From positions 98,208,001 to 98,272,000 of the forward strand of contig CM069132.1 in the NCBI GenBank assembly GCA_035221665.1: a stretch of 64,000 bases of DNA, read 5' to 3'. The notes beneath the pieces are model-generated. The model was not told the DNA's origin. It searched no databases and saw only the letters and a list, made by a program, of their open reading frames with translations. Shown here piece after piece: positions 12,493 through 24,289 of this stretch (positions within the stretch are counted from its first letter, which is position 1; each line of letters starts with the position of its first letter). The position numbers were made by a program, and so were the translations under genes. This DNA comes from Okamejei kenojei (Eukaryota).

Positions 12493-13702
12493 AGCCCTGA
12501 AACTCACCTATGCTGCACTTTGTCTATAATTTAATGTTCACTTTATAATTTAATGTTAAATTTACTGTACGGAATCCTCCAGCATTAGATTTTCACACAG
12601 GATTGAACCATGTATGGAACTGGCGTGACAATAAACCCCTTGAAGAATTTTGAATCTTTTACTGAAATTCCTTTCTATTCAATGTTACTTTGGACTCTTT
12701 TCCATTCCCTTGCAGAATCCACCTCCACTGATTTCTTCTAGCCCACTGTTGCAGCCTGTGTTTCAGTTCCATCGACACTCACTAAAACACTCATCTCTCC
12801 AGTCCAGAGATGCAGTTTTGAACTATCCCCCAAGGCAGCCCAACCCTACTTTTTGTTTTTAACCTTTACAAAAATATACAGCTTTCACAATTTCTTTGTC
12901 ATTGAGTTTAACGACCAAAGATTGGTTCCTGTTTATTTGTTGATCGTTAATCCTTTGTCATAAATTCTATTTAATGTCTTCATTGTCTCTACATTTTACA
13001 GCATGTAGTAATTCACAACAAATCTGCGATGAATGCACATGAAGCTTTTTACATCTAACCCGACAGCAAATGTATTCATCGAAGTACGATAAACCCGGTT
13101 CAACGCTAGTTTCAATATGCCTTCCACAGTGATGTCTTGACATGCGAAGACCTTCATTCCCTTGTGTCAGTTACATTATTATTTTGCAGTACTTTACACT
13201 TGTTCACTGTTAGATACATACAAATGTTACTTACACTTGAATCTTTTAGTAACATAGTATCTTAACAATTGAAGCTATCTCAAGTTCCTTGGTGAAAGGG
13301 ATGTGTCAGTGAGTTGAACAGAGATTTTAAATTTCATGAGGATTTTTGTCAGCTGTATCCAAATTGATGTTAAAGATTAGATTTCAAGAAAGCTTTTGAA
13401 AGGATGAAATATCAACAGTGATATGGCTCCTTTCTGTAGTTGATGACATTTTGGAAGATAAATTGTCAACATCCGATCAGTGAGAATTCTCAGTGTAGGA
13501 TATAGTGCTCAGTCCTCTGCTCTACTCCCTATACCCATGACTGTAAAGCCAAATGCCAACCCAGCCATTTGGCTCCAATGCCAACATCACTGTAATTGAA
13601 TGAAAAATGTGCAATAATGAGTGAGAGTACAGGAAGGAAATCGATAAGGGTGGCTGGTTGAGTGGTGGAAGAACAGCTCTCAGTGTTACCAAAACAAAGG
13701 AG

Positions 13703-14146
13703 TCTCCTCCACGGCCAGAGTGAGCAACACCGCAAGTTGGAGGAACAGCACCTCATATTCCGCTTGGGAAGTCTGCATCCTTTGGGCTTGAACATTGAAT
13801 TTTCTCAATTCTGTTAACCCTTGCTGCCTCCTCCCCTTCCCACCTCTCCCTCAGCCCTCGGGCCCTGGCATTCCCTCTATCTCTATCTCCCTCCCCCACC
13901 CTAGTCGCACTAGCTTCTCATTTTCACACCACAAACAGCTTACAATGGCTTGTTCCCTTCATCATCGATACTTTTTTGCATATCTTTCATTCATTGTTCC
14001 TTATCTCTCCACATTACCGTCTATATCTCTCGATTCCCTGATCCCTGACCAGTCTGAAGAAGGGTCTCGACCCGAAACGTCGCCTATCTCCTTCGCTCCT
14101 TAAATGCTGCTGCACCCGCTGAGTTTCTCCAGCTTTTTGTGTAACC
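13703..14146 (+). mobile_element. Penelope-like 3' fragment with 8-bp TSD
   Basis: TSD caaaggag at 13695-13702 and 14147-14154; encodes ...RKLEEQHLIFRLGSLHPLGLNIEFSQF. Confidence 0.85.
14054..14081 (+). ncRNA. Minimal type-I hammerhead-ribozyme-like motif (Penelope-associated)
   Basis: CTGAAGA-A-GGGT(ctcg)ACCC-GAAA-C-GTC: CUGANGA and GAAA core boxes, a stem II hairpin, a palindromic ACGU in place of stem III and a GUC triplet. Stem I pairing is weak. Confidence 0.6.
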
Positions 14147-14168
14147 CAAAGGAGCTCAATGTTGACTT

Positions 14169-14568
14169 ATAACCATATAACCATATAACAATTACAGCAC
14201 GGAAACAGGCCCTCTCGGCACTTCCAGTCCGTGCCGACCATTTGTTTTCCCCTAGTCCCATCTACCTGCACTCAGACCATACCCCTCCATTCCCTTCACG
14301 TCCATATACCTATCCACTTTACTTTTAAATGTTAAAATCGATCCTGCCTCCACCACCTCTGCTGGAAGCTCATTCCACACAGCCACCACCCTCTGAGTAA
14401 AGAAGTTCCCCCTCACGTTACCCCTAAACTTCTGTCCCTTAATTCTCATGTCATGCCCTCTTGTTTGAATCTTCCCTACTCTCAATGGGAAAAGCTTATC
14501 CACGTCAACTCTGTCTATCCCTTTCATCATTTTAAAGACCTCAATCAAGTCCCCCCTTAACCTTCTGC
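14169..14568 (-). mobile_element. Young CR1 LINE 3' end with 5-bp TSD
   Basis: TSD gactt at 14164-14168 and 14569-14573; ORF 14252-14548 is the CR1 ORF2 C-terminus; (gttatatg)n tail. Confidence 0.92.
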
Positions 14569-16060
14569 GACTTCAGGAAGTGAAAGCTGAGGGACCATGC
14601 ACCAGTTTTCACTGGAGGACTTGTGCTGGAAGGAGACAGCGGGTTCATGTTTATGGACACATTTCTGATGATCTGCACTGGGCCCAGCACATTGATGCAA
14701 TCACAACGAACGCTCACCAGAGCTTCTATTTCCTCAGATGTTTGAGGATTTTCGGCATGCCAGTGAATACTCCATTCAACATCAACAAGTGGACAGCACA
14801 CTTGGTGCGGCATGGTTCATAAAACTGAATGCTCAAGAACAAAGGAGGCTGTAAAGAGTGATGGACAGTGCTTGGCCCATCATGGGTACTGACCTTGTCA
14901 CCATAGAAGAGATCAACAAGAGGTGTTGCATCAAGAAGCCAGCCAGTATCATCAAAGAGTCACATCGCCCTAGCCTGGCCATGCTGCAACTATCAACAAG
15001 AAGTATAGTAGCCTGAGGACTGTGACCTCTAGGTTCAAGAACAGCTTCTTTCCATCAATCACCAGGTTCTTGAACCACACTGCACAACCCTAGCCAATTC
15101 CCGACCACAGACTATACACTACTATCTTCAGGTACCTTGGATTTTGCACCGTCATGGAAAAAACAAGAATAATTGATGATTTAGGTATATTTGTTGATGT
15201 TATTTTTGTTGTTGCATCTCAAGTGCCCGTCAAGCTGCAGCAAATTAAAAAATCATTTTTCCGGTTCATATCCGATACCTATATCAAGTAGACACTCTTG
15301 ACATGACCCTTGGATTATTTAGTCTTTTTCTGTCCTTTACCGATGGTCTCTGCAAGGAACCAAAGAGGGTTATTTCCATCAGTTGCACCTCATTAACACC
15401 AATGTCAAGCCAGGTCCTGGACCTGGTGTCCATGCACTTTTATCCAGTAGCTTGTGTTTCCAGTGTTGTTATTACAGGACATTGCGGGAAGGACCTTCTG
15501 GGCCATAATGTTCTACGTGGGGCTTTTCTTTCCCAGTGGTACTCCGCAGTTGTACTCTACAGCTGCCTTTATTCAGAGCATTTAGAAACCTCAGTACCCT
15601 TTCCACATCTAGTTTGATGCAACTACATAGCACAGATGGATTATAACATAGCCAACAAATGATCCACGATTTGGACACATAATTTATCATGGAGCAACAT
15701 CCAAGCTGGGAGAGATTTGAAGTTCAGTAGTCCTAATATTTATAGTCAGGCTGTAAGCAGGTGCAACCAAACAGCAAGGCTCTCTCTGAAGATGAGTCTC
15801 AACCCAAAACGTCACCTATTCCTTCTCTCCAGAGATGCTGCCTGTCCCGCTGAGTTACTCCAGCTTTTTGTGTCTCTCTCGCAGCTTTCTCTCCTCACTA
15901 AAATCAGCCTGAAGAAGGACCCCACCACAGATGCTGCCTGACCAGCTGAGTTATTCCAGCACTTTATGTTTTATTCAAGCCTTTTAATGGTTTTATTCGA
16001 AAGGGAAATCGTATCACTGTAATACCAGTAAGTTCATTTCCCTTTCCCCTGACTCTCAGT

Positions 16061-16088
16061 CTGAAGAAGGGTCTTGACCCGAAACGTC
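16061..16088 (+). ncRNA. Minimal hammerhead-ribozyme-like motif (Penelope-associated)
   Basis: ctgaagaagggtcttgacccgaaacgtc within a PLE terminal repeat at about 16035-16190. Confidence 0.55.
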
Positions 16089-17048
16089 ACCTATTCCTTT
16101 TCTCCAGAGATGCTGTCTGACCCGCTGAGTTACTCTGGCTTTTTGAGTCTATCTCCGGTGTAAGCCAGCATCTGCAATTCTTTCCTACACAGTAATATCC
16201 TGGTTGGTTCACTAAATCAGCAGTAAAGTGAAACCATGTGGAAAGGCTGGTCTGTGATTGTAAAATGAAAACAATGCTTTTGTAGTCAGCCATCACTTTA
16301 AATCACGGCATTTTCCATGGCCCAACCTATAACTTGCCTTCAACAAACCTATGGGGTGAGAAAGAGGAAAAAAAGGTAGAAACATGCACAAATATATTGA
16401 TTGAGTGAATTTCGCTCTCAGTGAATGACGGCTTTATTTTCCCATTGGAAGGTTCCAATCTCAGATCCAAAGATCATATGTCAGCGTTGTGTGAACAATC
16501 ATTTTCTTGTCGGGATTCAAAGTTATTGCTGCAGATATAAACATGTGTCATCAGCTCTCCAGCTCACAAAGGTTGTCTCTGATGGGAATTAAATAATCAA
16601 ATCTGTCAGTCTCCCTTCAAACCTTTATCCCTCCTGCAGTAAAAGAAATGCTAACCAAAAGTGATGAAAGATAGCAATAAAAATGTTCACTTGCTTTCAA
16701 GTAAAATGATTGCTATCTTTTTTTCTGCAACATTCAATTTGTATGTATCTACAGCTGAATTTACTGTCAATGCAAGCATTCTGACCCGAACAACTGTTTA
16801 CAATTTTATGTCAGTTTCACAATATATCTCAGTTGAAAAGCCATGTAATTTTAGAGATGGACTGCCCATTGCCTTCCATTTTGATCTAATAATAATTTTC
16901 TTATTGTCGAAGAAGGAGGGATTTGCTGTTCTATTGGTTAAGGTTTGAATGAATAACTCCATTTTGAACACTTGCACTCGGTCTGCGAGTTGTAGATGTA
17001 GCTCACTCCATCACACAGATCAAACTTTCCACCATTGACCCCATCTAC

Positions 17049-18058
17049 TAGCAATGTTACAAAATTTTGAGATTTTAAAAATCAAGTCTGCAATTTATCT
17101 CACCTGATAAAGCATAAAAAGAAGTTTAATTTGACACCTAATTTACTTTCATATCTTCAGTAGTAAAAAAGTTATGGACATTTTCATACTCTGAAATTAG
17201 CATCTTGTTCCCCATTGCCTTTCCATTGACTTAACTCAAAAGCTGTGATCTAGGACAGTCAAAAGCCCATAACCTTAAATATTAAGAGAACTCAATGAAA
17301 TTTTCAGTTATTATAGATTGAAGCATTCTGAAACAAATATGAAACAATCTTACTTGGATGATCTGAAATTAAAGCATATAATTAGTTAGTTACCTAATGG
17401 TAGCTAATTACAAAATTCAATTACTAGATCTATACATCTATCCATTTCGTAAGAAAAGATAAACATTTTTAAATTGCCTTAGTGTCCAAATAACATTCAC
17501 ACAATATAACATGATTTTTAAATCTCATTTTCATGAATTTATAGGCCAAATGGAAGGAATTTAGTGTTTAATTACTGTAAATTAATGGCCATTTAAAACA
17601 ACTTGCGAGTGGGCTTTAGTGGAATACGGTGGATTAGAACTTTGCAGTTTGTGGTAAAGTTGGCAGGAAAAACACTGCCGGCTCGTTTTTTTTTGTCCCC
17701 ATTTCGCAACATGAAAATGTGATTAAATGCTTCCTAAGAACCACGTTTTTATGTAAAAATAAATTGTGTACCTTTTTTTCTCCCCTACATAAAATCCGTC
17801 CCGTTGTCACGGCTTTAGAAGATGATTTTTAAATTACTCTAGCTAATAAATAATCTAGCGTAATTTAAAAATACCTTCATAAATCAAATGTCGGAGCGAT
17901 TTTTCTTCAGCAACGAAATCCCCTGACATGGATCGATTTGCCCTGTCTGTAGAAAAACGGCACTTTAAACTCGTCCCCCTCTGAAAGGCGCTAAAGTCAC
18001 GCATACGGGGAGTGGCAGAACTGCAGCGCTGCTCAAGGTAAGTTTTGTAACATACCTA
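17049..18058. mobile_element. Non-autonomous DNA transposon (hAT-like TAG...CTA ends), 1010 bp
   Basis: TIR tagcaatgttacaaaa / ttttgtaacataccta. Direct repeat catctac at 17042-17048 and 18059-18065. It interrupts a Rex1-type 3' fragment (ccattgacc-c-catctac-acttcacgctgcctc). Confidence 0.8.
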
Positions 18059-18460
18059 CATCTACACTTCACGCTGCCTCAATAAAGCAACCGACGTAAT
18101 AAAAGACGTGTCCCACCTGGTCATTGCTTCTTCTCCCTGCTCCTGTCCAGCAGAAGGTACAGAAACATGAAAGCGTGCACCACCATACTCAGGAACAGCT
18201 TCTCCCCCTCTGTTATCGGGATTCTGAACAGTTTTTCCATTTGCTAGGGTACACCTATACCCCACTGCGGACATCGGACTTGGTCTGTGCAACTGATGCG
18301 TTACAACGTTGAGAATTATATTCTGCACTCTGCTCTACTATTGAACTAGAGTTTGACTTGCTTATATTTATGTATGGTGTATCTGATTTGTTTGGATAGC
18401 ATGCAACATAATGCTTTTCACTGTACCACGGTACATGTGACAATAATAAACTTAAACCTA
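18059..18460 (+). mobile_element. Rex1-type LINE 3' end (continues the fragment at about 16960-17048)
   Basis: IKDVSHLGHCFFSPAPVQQKV...; tail cttttcactgtacc..gtacatgtgacaataataaacttaaaccta. Confidence 0.7.
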
Positions 18461-19212
18461 CAAAGCAAATCCTCCTTGCTTCATCCTAAATTGTTAACCT
18501 CTTATCTTGGGGCCAAGTCCCCTCGTTCTAATCTCTCCAATCTAAGACAGCAGGATCTCACCATTTGATCACTCTTTGCCTTTAGAATTTGCATACATGT
18601 TGTGCAAATGTCCACAGACATTTACACCTAAACATTATCGTAAGTTCTGTGCTGCCCCACATCCCCACCTTGTCTGTTCTAGAGTAAATCCCACCCAGTG
18701 ATGACATGCATTTGGTGAGGGCAGGGGGCTGTGGCAGTTTAATGCCCTGGAGAGTGATAGAACATGGGGATTACTCAGAACAATGGAGATCTCTGAGCCC
18801 AGGAAAGGTGGGGGGAAAGTATCCAATGCAGGAAGGGAAGGTGGCGGGGGAGGGGAGGTGGCTGTTAGGCAGGTTGCGAAAGAAAGGGAGTGGATGTAAT
18901 AGTTGAAGGGAGGGTGTCACAGTGCCACAGGGATGATGGGAGGAGATAAGGGGGGGGGGGGGGGGAACAACAAATGAGAAGCGATTCAGGCACAGGATCA
19001 ATAGTGAGAAGTACAGGGAAAGGTGGTAGTACAGAAGCAGTGAATGTACAGAGTCTGCCATGTGTGGAATGCAAAAAGTCTCTTACCCAGAGTAGGTGAA
19101 TGAAGAACCACAGGACACAGGTTTAAGGTGAGAGGGGTAAAAGATTTAATAGGAACCTGAGGGGCAACCTTTCCACACAGAGGATGGTAGGTATATGGAA
19201 TGAGCTGCCTAA

Positions 19213-20022
19213 AGGGCCTGTCCCACTTGGACGACCTAATCCACGAGTTTAGAAGACCCTAGACGAGTTGAAAAAAATGTCAAGGTCGTGTTGACTCGCC
19301 GAAGAAAAAGTCCTCCTACGATCTCCTACGACTATGTCTACGACCTCCTACGACTATGTCTACGACCTCCTACGACCCCTCTCGACCTCAGTCTTCCACA
19401 CCTAAGACTAACTACGACTAGCTACAAGTGGAAAATGATCACATGATATTTTTTTTTTCTCGGGCCAGACCTGACTATTTACAACTACCTCGACCTGCTT
19501 AAAATGTCATGTTTGACCATTTTTAGTTCTACCTGCACTCAGCACTATCCTGCCTCACCACTGGAAGCTGATTCCACACAGCCAACCACTGAGTAAAGAG
19601 GTTACCCTCACTACCCCGACCCTCTGTCCCTATTCTCTATGCCCTCTTGTTTGAATCTTCCCTACCCTCAATACGTATCCACGTCAACTCGATCCCTTTC
19701 ATCATTTTAAAGACCTCAATCAATCACCTTCTGACCTAAAGACCTACTTGTTCAACCTGGAACCTACGAGTAAAATGACATCCTTCCTATAACTATACAC
19801 CATTGTTTCCATGCCGACCTTTTTTTTAAAATTGCGGGCATTTTTTAGTTGGCTGGAAAAAACGCCGGGACGTACTTGAGGCCACGAGTACGCGAAGACC
19901 ACTCACGAGCATGAGGAAGAGTTACGAAGACCTACGACCTCCTACGACCTCCTGGCAACCATGCTGCGAGTATGAGTCAAGTGCAAACTCGGCAATTAGG
20001 TCGTGAAAATGGGACAGGGGCT
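19213..20022. mobile_element. Harbinger/PIF-like MITE inserted in a CR1 tail
   Basis: TIR agggcctgtcccacttggacgacctaat / attaggtcgtgaaaatgggacaggggct, flanked by taa/tta. The host reads gagctgcc-NNN-ggaggtagttgaggcagg. Internal (ctcctacga) tandem repeats. Confidence 0.75.
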
Positions 20023-20228
20023 TTAGGAGGTAGTTGAGGCAGGTACTATAATCACATTTAAAATATTTTTGGACAGGTACATGAATGGGAAAGGTTTAAA
20101 GGGATATGAGCAGGTTGGGAACCTTGAGTTAATAGTGAAATACAAGAAGATCAGGCTTCACCAAGCACCTTTATCCCATCTGTGACCGAGTCTGCAGTCT
20201 CGCGTCCCGGGAACTAAAGTGGGAGTAA

Positions 20229-22968
20229 AGCCCCTGTCTCACGGTGCAAATCGACCAACGAGTGACCCCGAGAGAAAGAAAAAATCTGACTCGTGGTTGT
20301 GGATTAGATTCCAAGTTTAGGTTCAAGAGTTTAACCGAGTTCCCACGGGTATGACTAAGTTTGTCGTTTACTTTTAATTTCTGCGATGTTCCAAGTTCCT
20401 CTCCCGAGTTACCAAGTTCCTCTTCCGAGTGACTCTTGAACCAACAACGACTACCGACGTGTGAAAAATCATCACGTGGTTAAAATTTATGCCATGCAGT
20501 TTTTTTTTCACTATAAAAAGCCTCCCATGTTTAAATTTCTTAGGGTTACGAAATCAAGGGATATGGGGAGAAAGCAGAAACTGGGTACTGATTTTGGATG
20601 ATCAGCCATGATCATATTTAATGGCAATGCTGGCTCGAAGGGCCGAATGTGTTCACTTCCATTATGTAGAGAGTTTCAGAATGTTAATAGGGATTCCATT
20701 CCGTTTACATTGCGCTTTTGCAGGGATCAAATCTTAGCCCAAAGTGTACATTAGGCTGCGAGGATTAATTTCAAAACTTCAAATTATTTCAGTGTTTTAT
20801 CCGAACAACGGATCAGGGCAGATGCCAGCCCCTTTAAACATCACGGACAGCTCAGTGTGAAGTGGTGCTGGAATTATATATGTGAAATAGTCTTGGGAAT
20901 TTTATTATTGATCCTAAATGCTCTATTTAAATTATAGGTCGTTTAGTTTGTTGTGAAGTGGTGCCGGATTTAACACCTCAGTCTATTAAAATTGAATTAT
21001 CTCACTGAACGAAAACATGCAATATGTTTCCAGGCAAATATCCAGTGGTTGAGAATTAAAGAGCAGTCATTTTAAACGGGCGGTTGTAGTCAATAATACG
21101 GTAACCGAATGATATTTATTAATTGCTAGAGAGGACGATGTAAACATAGTGAGGTTAGTGAGCAGCCTCTAACATTAACCGCTCCTCGTACGGTTCTGTT
21201 GTGTAGGAAGGACCTGCAGATGCTGGCTTACCTCGACGATAGACACCAAAAGCTGGCGTAACTCAGAGGGTCAGACAGCATCTCTGGAGAGAAGGAATGG
21301 GTGACGTTTCAGATCACGACTCTCCCGGTTGCTATCTGGACCTACCTGATCTCCCGGTTGCCAAACACTTCCCATTCCCACACTGACCTTTCTGTCCGAT
21401 ATCTCCTCCAGTCAGAGTGAGGCTAAATGCAAATTGGAGGAACAGCATTTCATATTTCGCTTGGGCAGCTTACAGCCCAGTGGTATGACTATTGATTTCT
21501 CTCACTTCAAGTAACCCCGGCATTCCCACTCTGTCTATCCCTCCTCCACCCAAGTCGCACCAGCTGCTCGTTTTCACCCAACGAATAGCGAACAATGGTC
21601 TGCTTCCTTTATCGTCGTTACTTTTTTGCATTAATTGTTCTTTATCTCTGTAGCTTTTTGTGTCTATCGTCGCCCTTCTTCAGACTGTTCCGTTGTATTG
21701 ACCGAAAACGAACGATGTGACAGTACCGGCGACTTAATGAATGAAATGGAGACACGCGGAATTAAATGGACTTGGAATAACTGGGGCGGTGGGGTTTTAT
21801 CGAAAAGTGACTACATGAAATCGGTGGAAGAAAACAAGCAGACGAGGTTTCGGGTCATGATCATAAAACACACACAAAGTGTTGGAGGAACTCACACAGC
21901 GCTGAAGAACTCAGCGGGACTTCTTCAGACTCCATGACCCGCTGAGTTCTTCCAGCTGTCAAATGGAGACTTGGGGGACCACAGATGCTGGCATGTTGAG
22001 CGAAACACAAAGTGTTGGAGCAACTCGATGGGCCGAATGGCCTAATTCTGCTCCTATGACATGAACTCACGAAGTGTCGAAGTAAGCCAGCGGGTCAGGC
22101 AGCATCTGTGGAGGGAATGGATAGGCAATGTTTCGGATCGGGTCCCTTCTTTTCGAACCGAATAAACGTCTGTCCATTCCCTCCGCTGATGCTGCCTGTC
22201 CCGCTGAGTTCCTCCAACACTTGTGTGTGTTTTATGATCATGATTCCTGCATCTGCAGTTTCTTGTCTCCACATAAACTAGGCCTCAGCAACACTGAGAG
22301 TACAAACCGGGAGATTATGTTGCTGCTGCCAAAACAACAGTTGGCAATGTATGCACGGTAGATGTCACATTGCGTTGGAAACAAGGTCTCCAGGGAGACA
22401 GATGCAAAGTGCTGGAGTAACTCCATGGGACAGGCAGCATCTCTGGACATTTATAAAGCATTACATTTTGGAACAGAAGGAGCTGCAGAAGCTGGTTTAC
22501 GAAAAAATACAAAGTGCTGGAGTAACTCAACGTGTCAGTCAGGTGACGTTTCGGGTGAAAGAAGGGTCTAAAGTTTGAAGAAGGGTATCGACCCGAAACG
22601 TCACCTATCCAGGTTCTCCGGAGATGACTAATCTTCAACATTTCACTTCAGGCACTCAGGCCAAACCCACGGTAGACTCAGGAGTCACTACGGTAAACCC
22701 ACGGGCCACTACGTTCTTACAACGAGTTTAAATGTTTCAAATTTTAACTTCAAGAGTAAATTTGACTCGTTGAAATCTTTAAACAGAATTAAAATGTTTT
22801 AAGAGGTAACAGGTTTCCCGGGTACCTGCCGTTAGCGCTATGAGTCGCTAAGTTGCGTCCACGAGTTCCGACGCTCCCGCTACGTTAATTGTATGTGATT
22901 ACCACGAGTTTAATTTGTTTTAAACTCAGGGTCACTCGTGGGTCGACTCACACCGTGAGACAGGGGTT
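20229..22968. mobile_element. Harbinger/PIF-like non-autonomous element, 2.7 kb, with nested CR1/Penelope fragments
   Basis: TIR of about 45 bp, agcccctgtctcacggtgcaaatcgaccaacgagtgaccccgag / ctcagggtcactcgtgggtcgactcacaccgtgagacaggggtt; TSD taa on both sides. Confidence 0.8.
21200..21640 (+). mobile_element. Penelope-like fragment (inverted terminal repeat followed by the GIY-YIG 3' end)
   Basis: gacctacctgatctcccggttgccaaacactt...aaattggaggaacagcatttcatatttcgcttgggcagcttacagcccagtggtatg, homologous to 10690-10990. Confidence 0.75.
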
Positions 22969-24289
22969 TAAATCATTCTCTATCGAAAGGGACACTTCAA
23001 GGAAGGATATTGTGACTCTCTGTGGTGTCATCCTGTGTTCCAGATGAATAGAAACAATTGATAATTCCCCCATTGATCAACCCTGAGAACAGTAACCACT
23101 GAAAGTGATTGCTGCGTTGATGTAAGGATTGATTTTAAACACATAATTTATGTGTAACTATCTTCATTTGTAACTCACAGCTTTCCTCTGGAGAAATAAT
23201 TATTTTGTAATGCACTCACTGCAATTTGGTACACAAATGATCCAAAAGATATGACCATAAATTAAAAAATGCAAGAAATATAATCATGTTTCTTTCTGCA
23301 CAACTCACAACTGACTTACACAATTGTATTAATGTTCAAGTCAATAGCTAATCTCGGAGTACTTAATAATCATGCAACCAAATTAATTTGAAACTAATTT
23401 ACATTTCAGCAAAAATGTTTTTAATCAATAAATATGACATTTATCCTTTACTGTCGAGAAATAAATGCTCTAAACCCAGCAAATGAATCAATCCAGAAAT
23501 GTACTGAAGGCATTGCAATATTGAGTACCAAACTCAAAGCTGCACCTATAAAATCACGTTAGCAGTCAGTTTTCCCCTGGTTCATTACTTACAGAGGAGA
23601 AATGTTCAGCATGTTAAGATACATCCAAATGAAAAGGTTAACGATGGTTCAACAAATGCAGGCAAATGGGACTAGCTCAATATGCCAACATTATAAGATC
23701 CAACCTTATAATGTGTTTGACATCCTAGAGATGGAAGAAAACAGCGAAGGAGGCAGCCAAAATGTCCAGATGACAGCTGTGACGGAGCTTGGAAAATGGT
23801 CCAGCTGCTACTTAATGGAATGGTTCTTGCTGACCGTCTGAAGGTAAGTAATATGTAAACTGGCATTACCTTCGACTGTGGATTGAACCAGAAAAAAATG
23901 GACGTAGACCCAAGGAACTACAGATGCAGATTTACCAAAAAGGACTCAGTTCCGGAGTAACTCAATGGGTCATGCAGCATCTTGGCAATTGTGTTTTAGA
24001 CTGATTGTAGTGGGGGGAGGGGGGTTCTAACCCTAACCCTAATTTGTACATGTCTCCGAGATCTTCGGATTCCTCCCACACTCCAAAGACATACAGATAT
24101 GTAGGTTAATTGGCTTTGTATAAATGTAAAAATTGTCCCTAGTGTGTGTAATTTAATGTTAATGTGTGGGGATCGCTGGTCGGTGCGGACTCAGTGGGCC
24201 AAAAGCCTTGTTCCTGTTCTATTTCTCTGAAACTAAAACCAAAACTAATAAGCAGATGAAGCTAGAGGATGGCATATGGTTGGAAGGGA

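Larger units (their letters stand above)
13490..15090 (+). mobile_element. Old Rex1-type LINE fragment split by two younger insertions
   Basis: gtgctcagtcctctgctctactccctatacccatgactg...caaaggag|ctcaatgttgactt|caggaag...aggttcaagaacagcttctttcca; removing the two inserts restores continuity. Confidence 0.75.

Noticed and set aside
19313-19385. Regular short repeats (ctcctacgactatgtctacga) suggestive of a CRISPR-like array
   Set aside because: No unique spacers; eukaryotic context; internal tandem repeat of a MITE
24027-24042. ctaaccctaaccctaa telomere-like repeat
   Set aside because: Fewer than three units; too short to call an interstitial telomere
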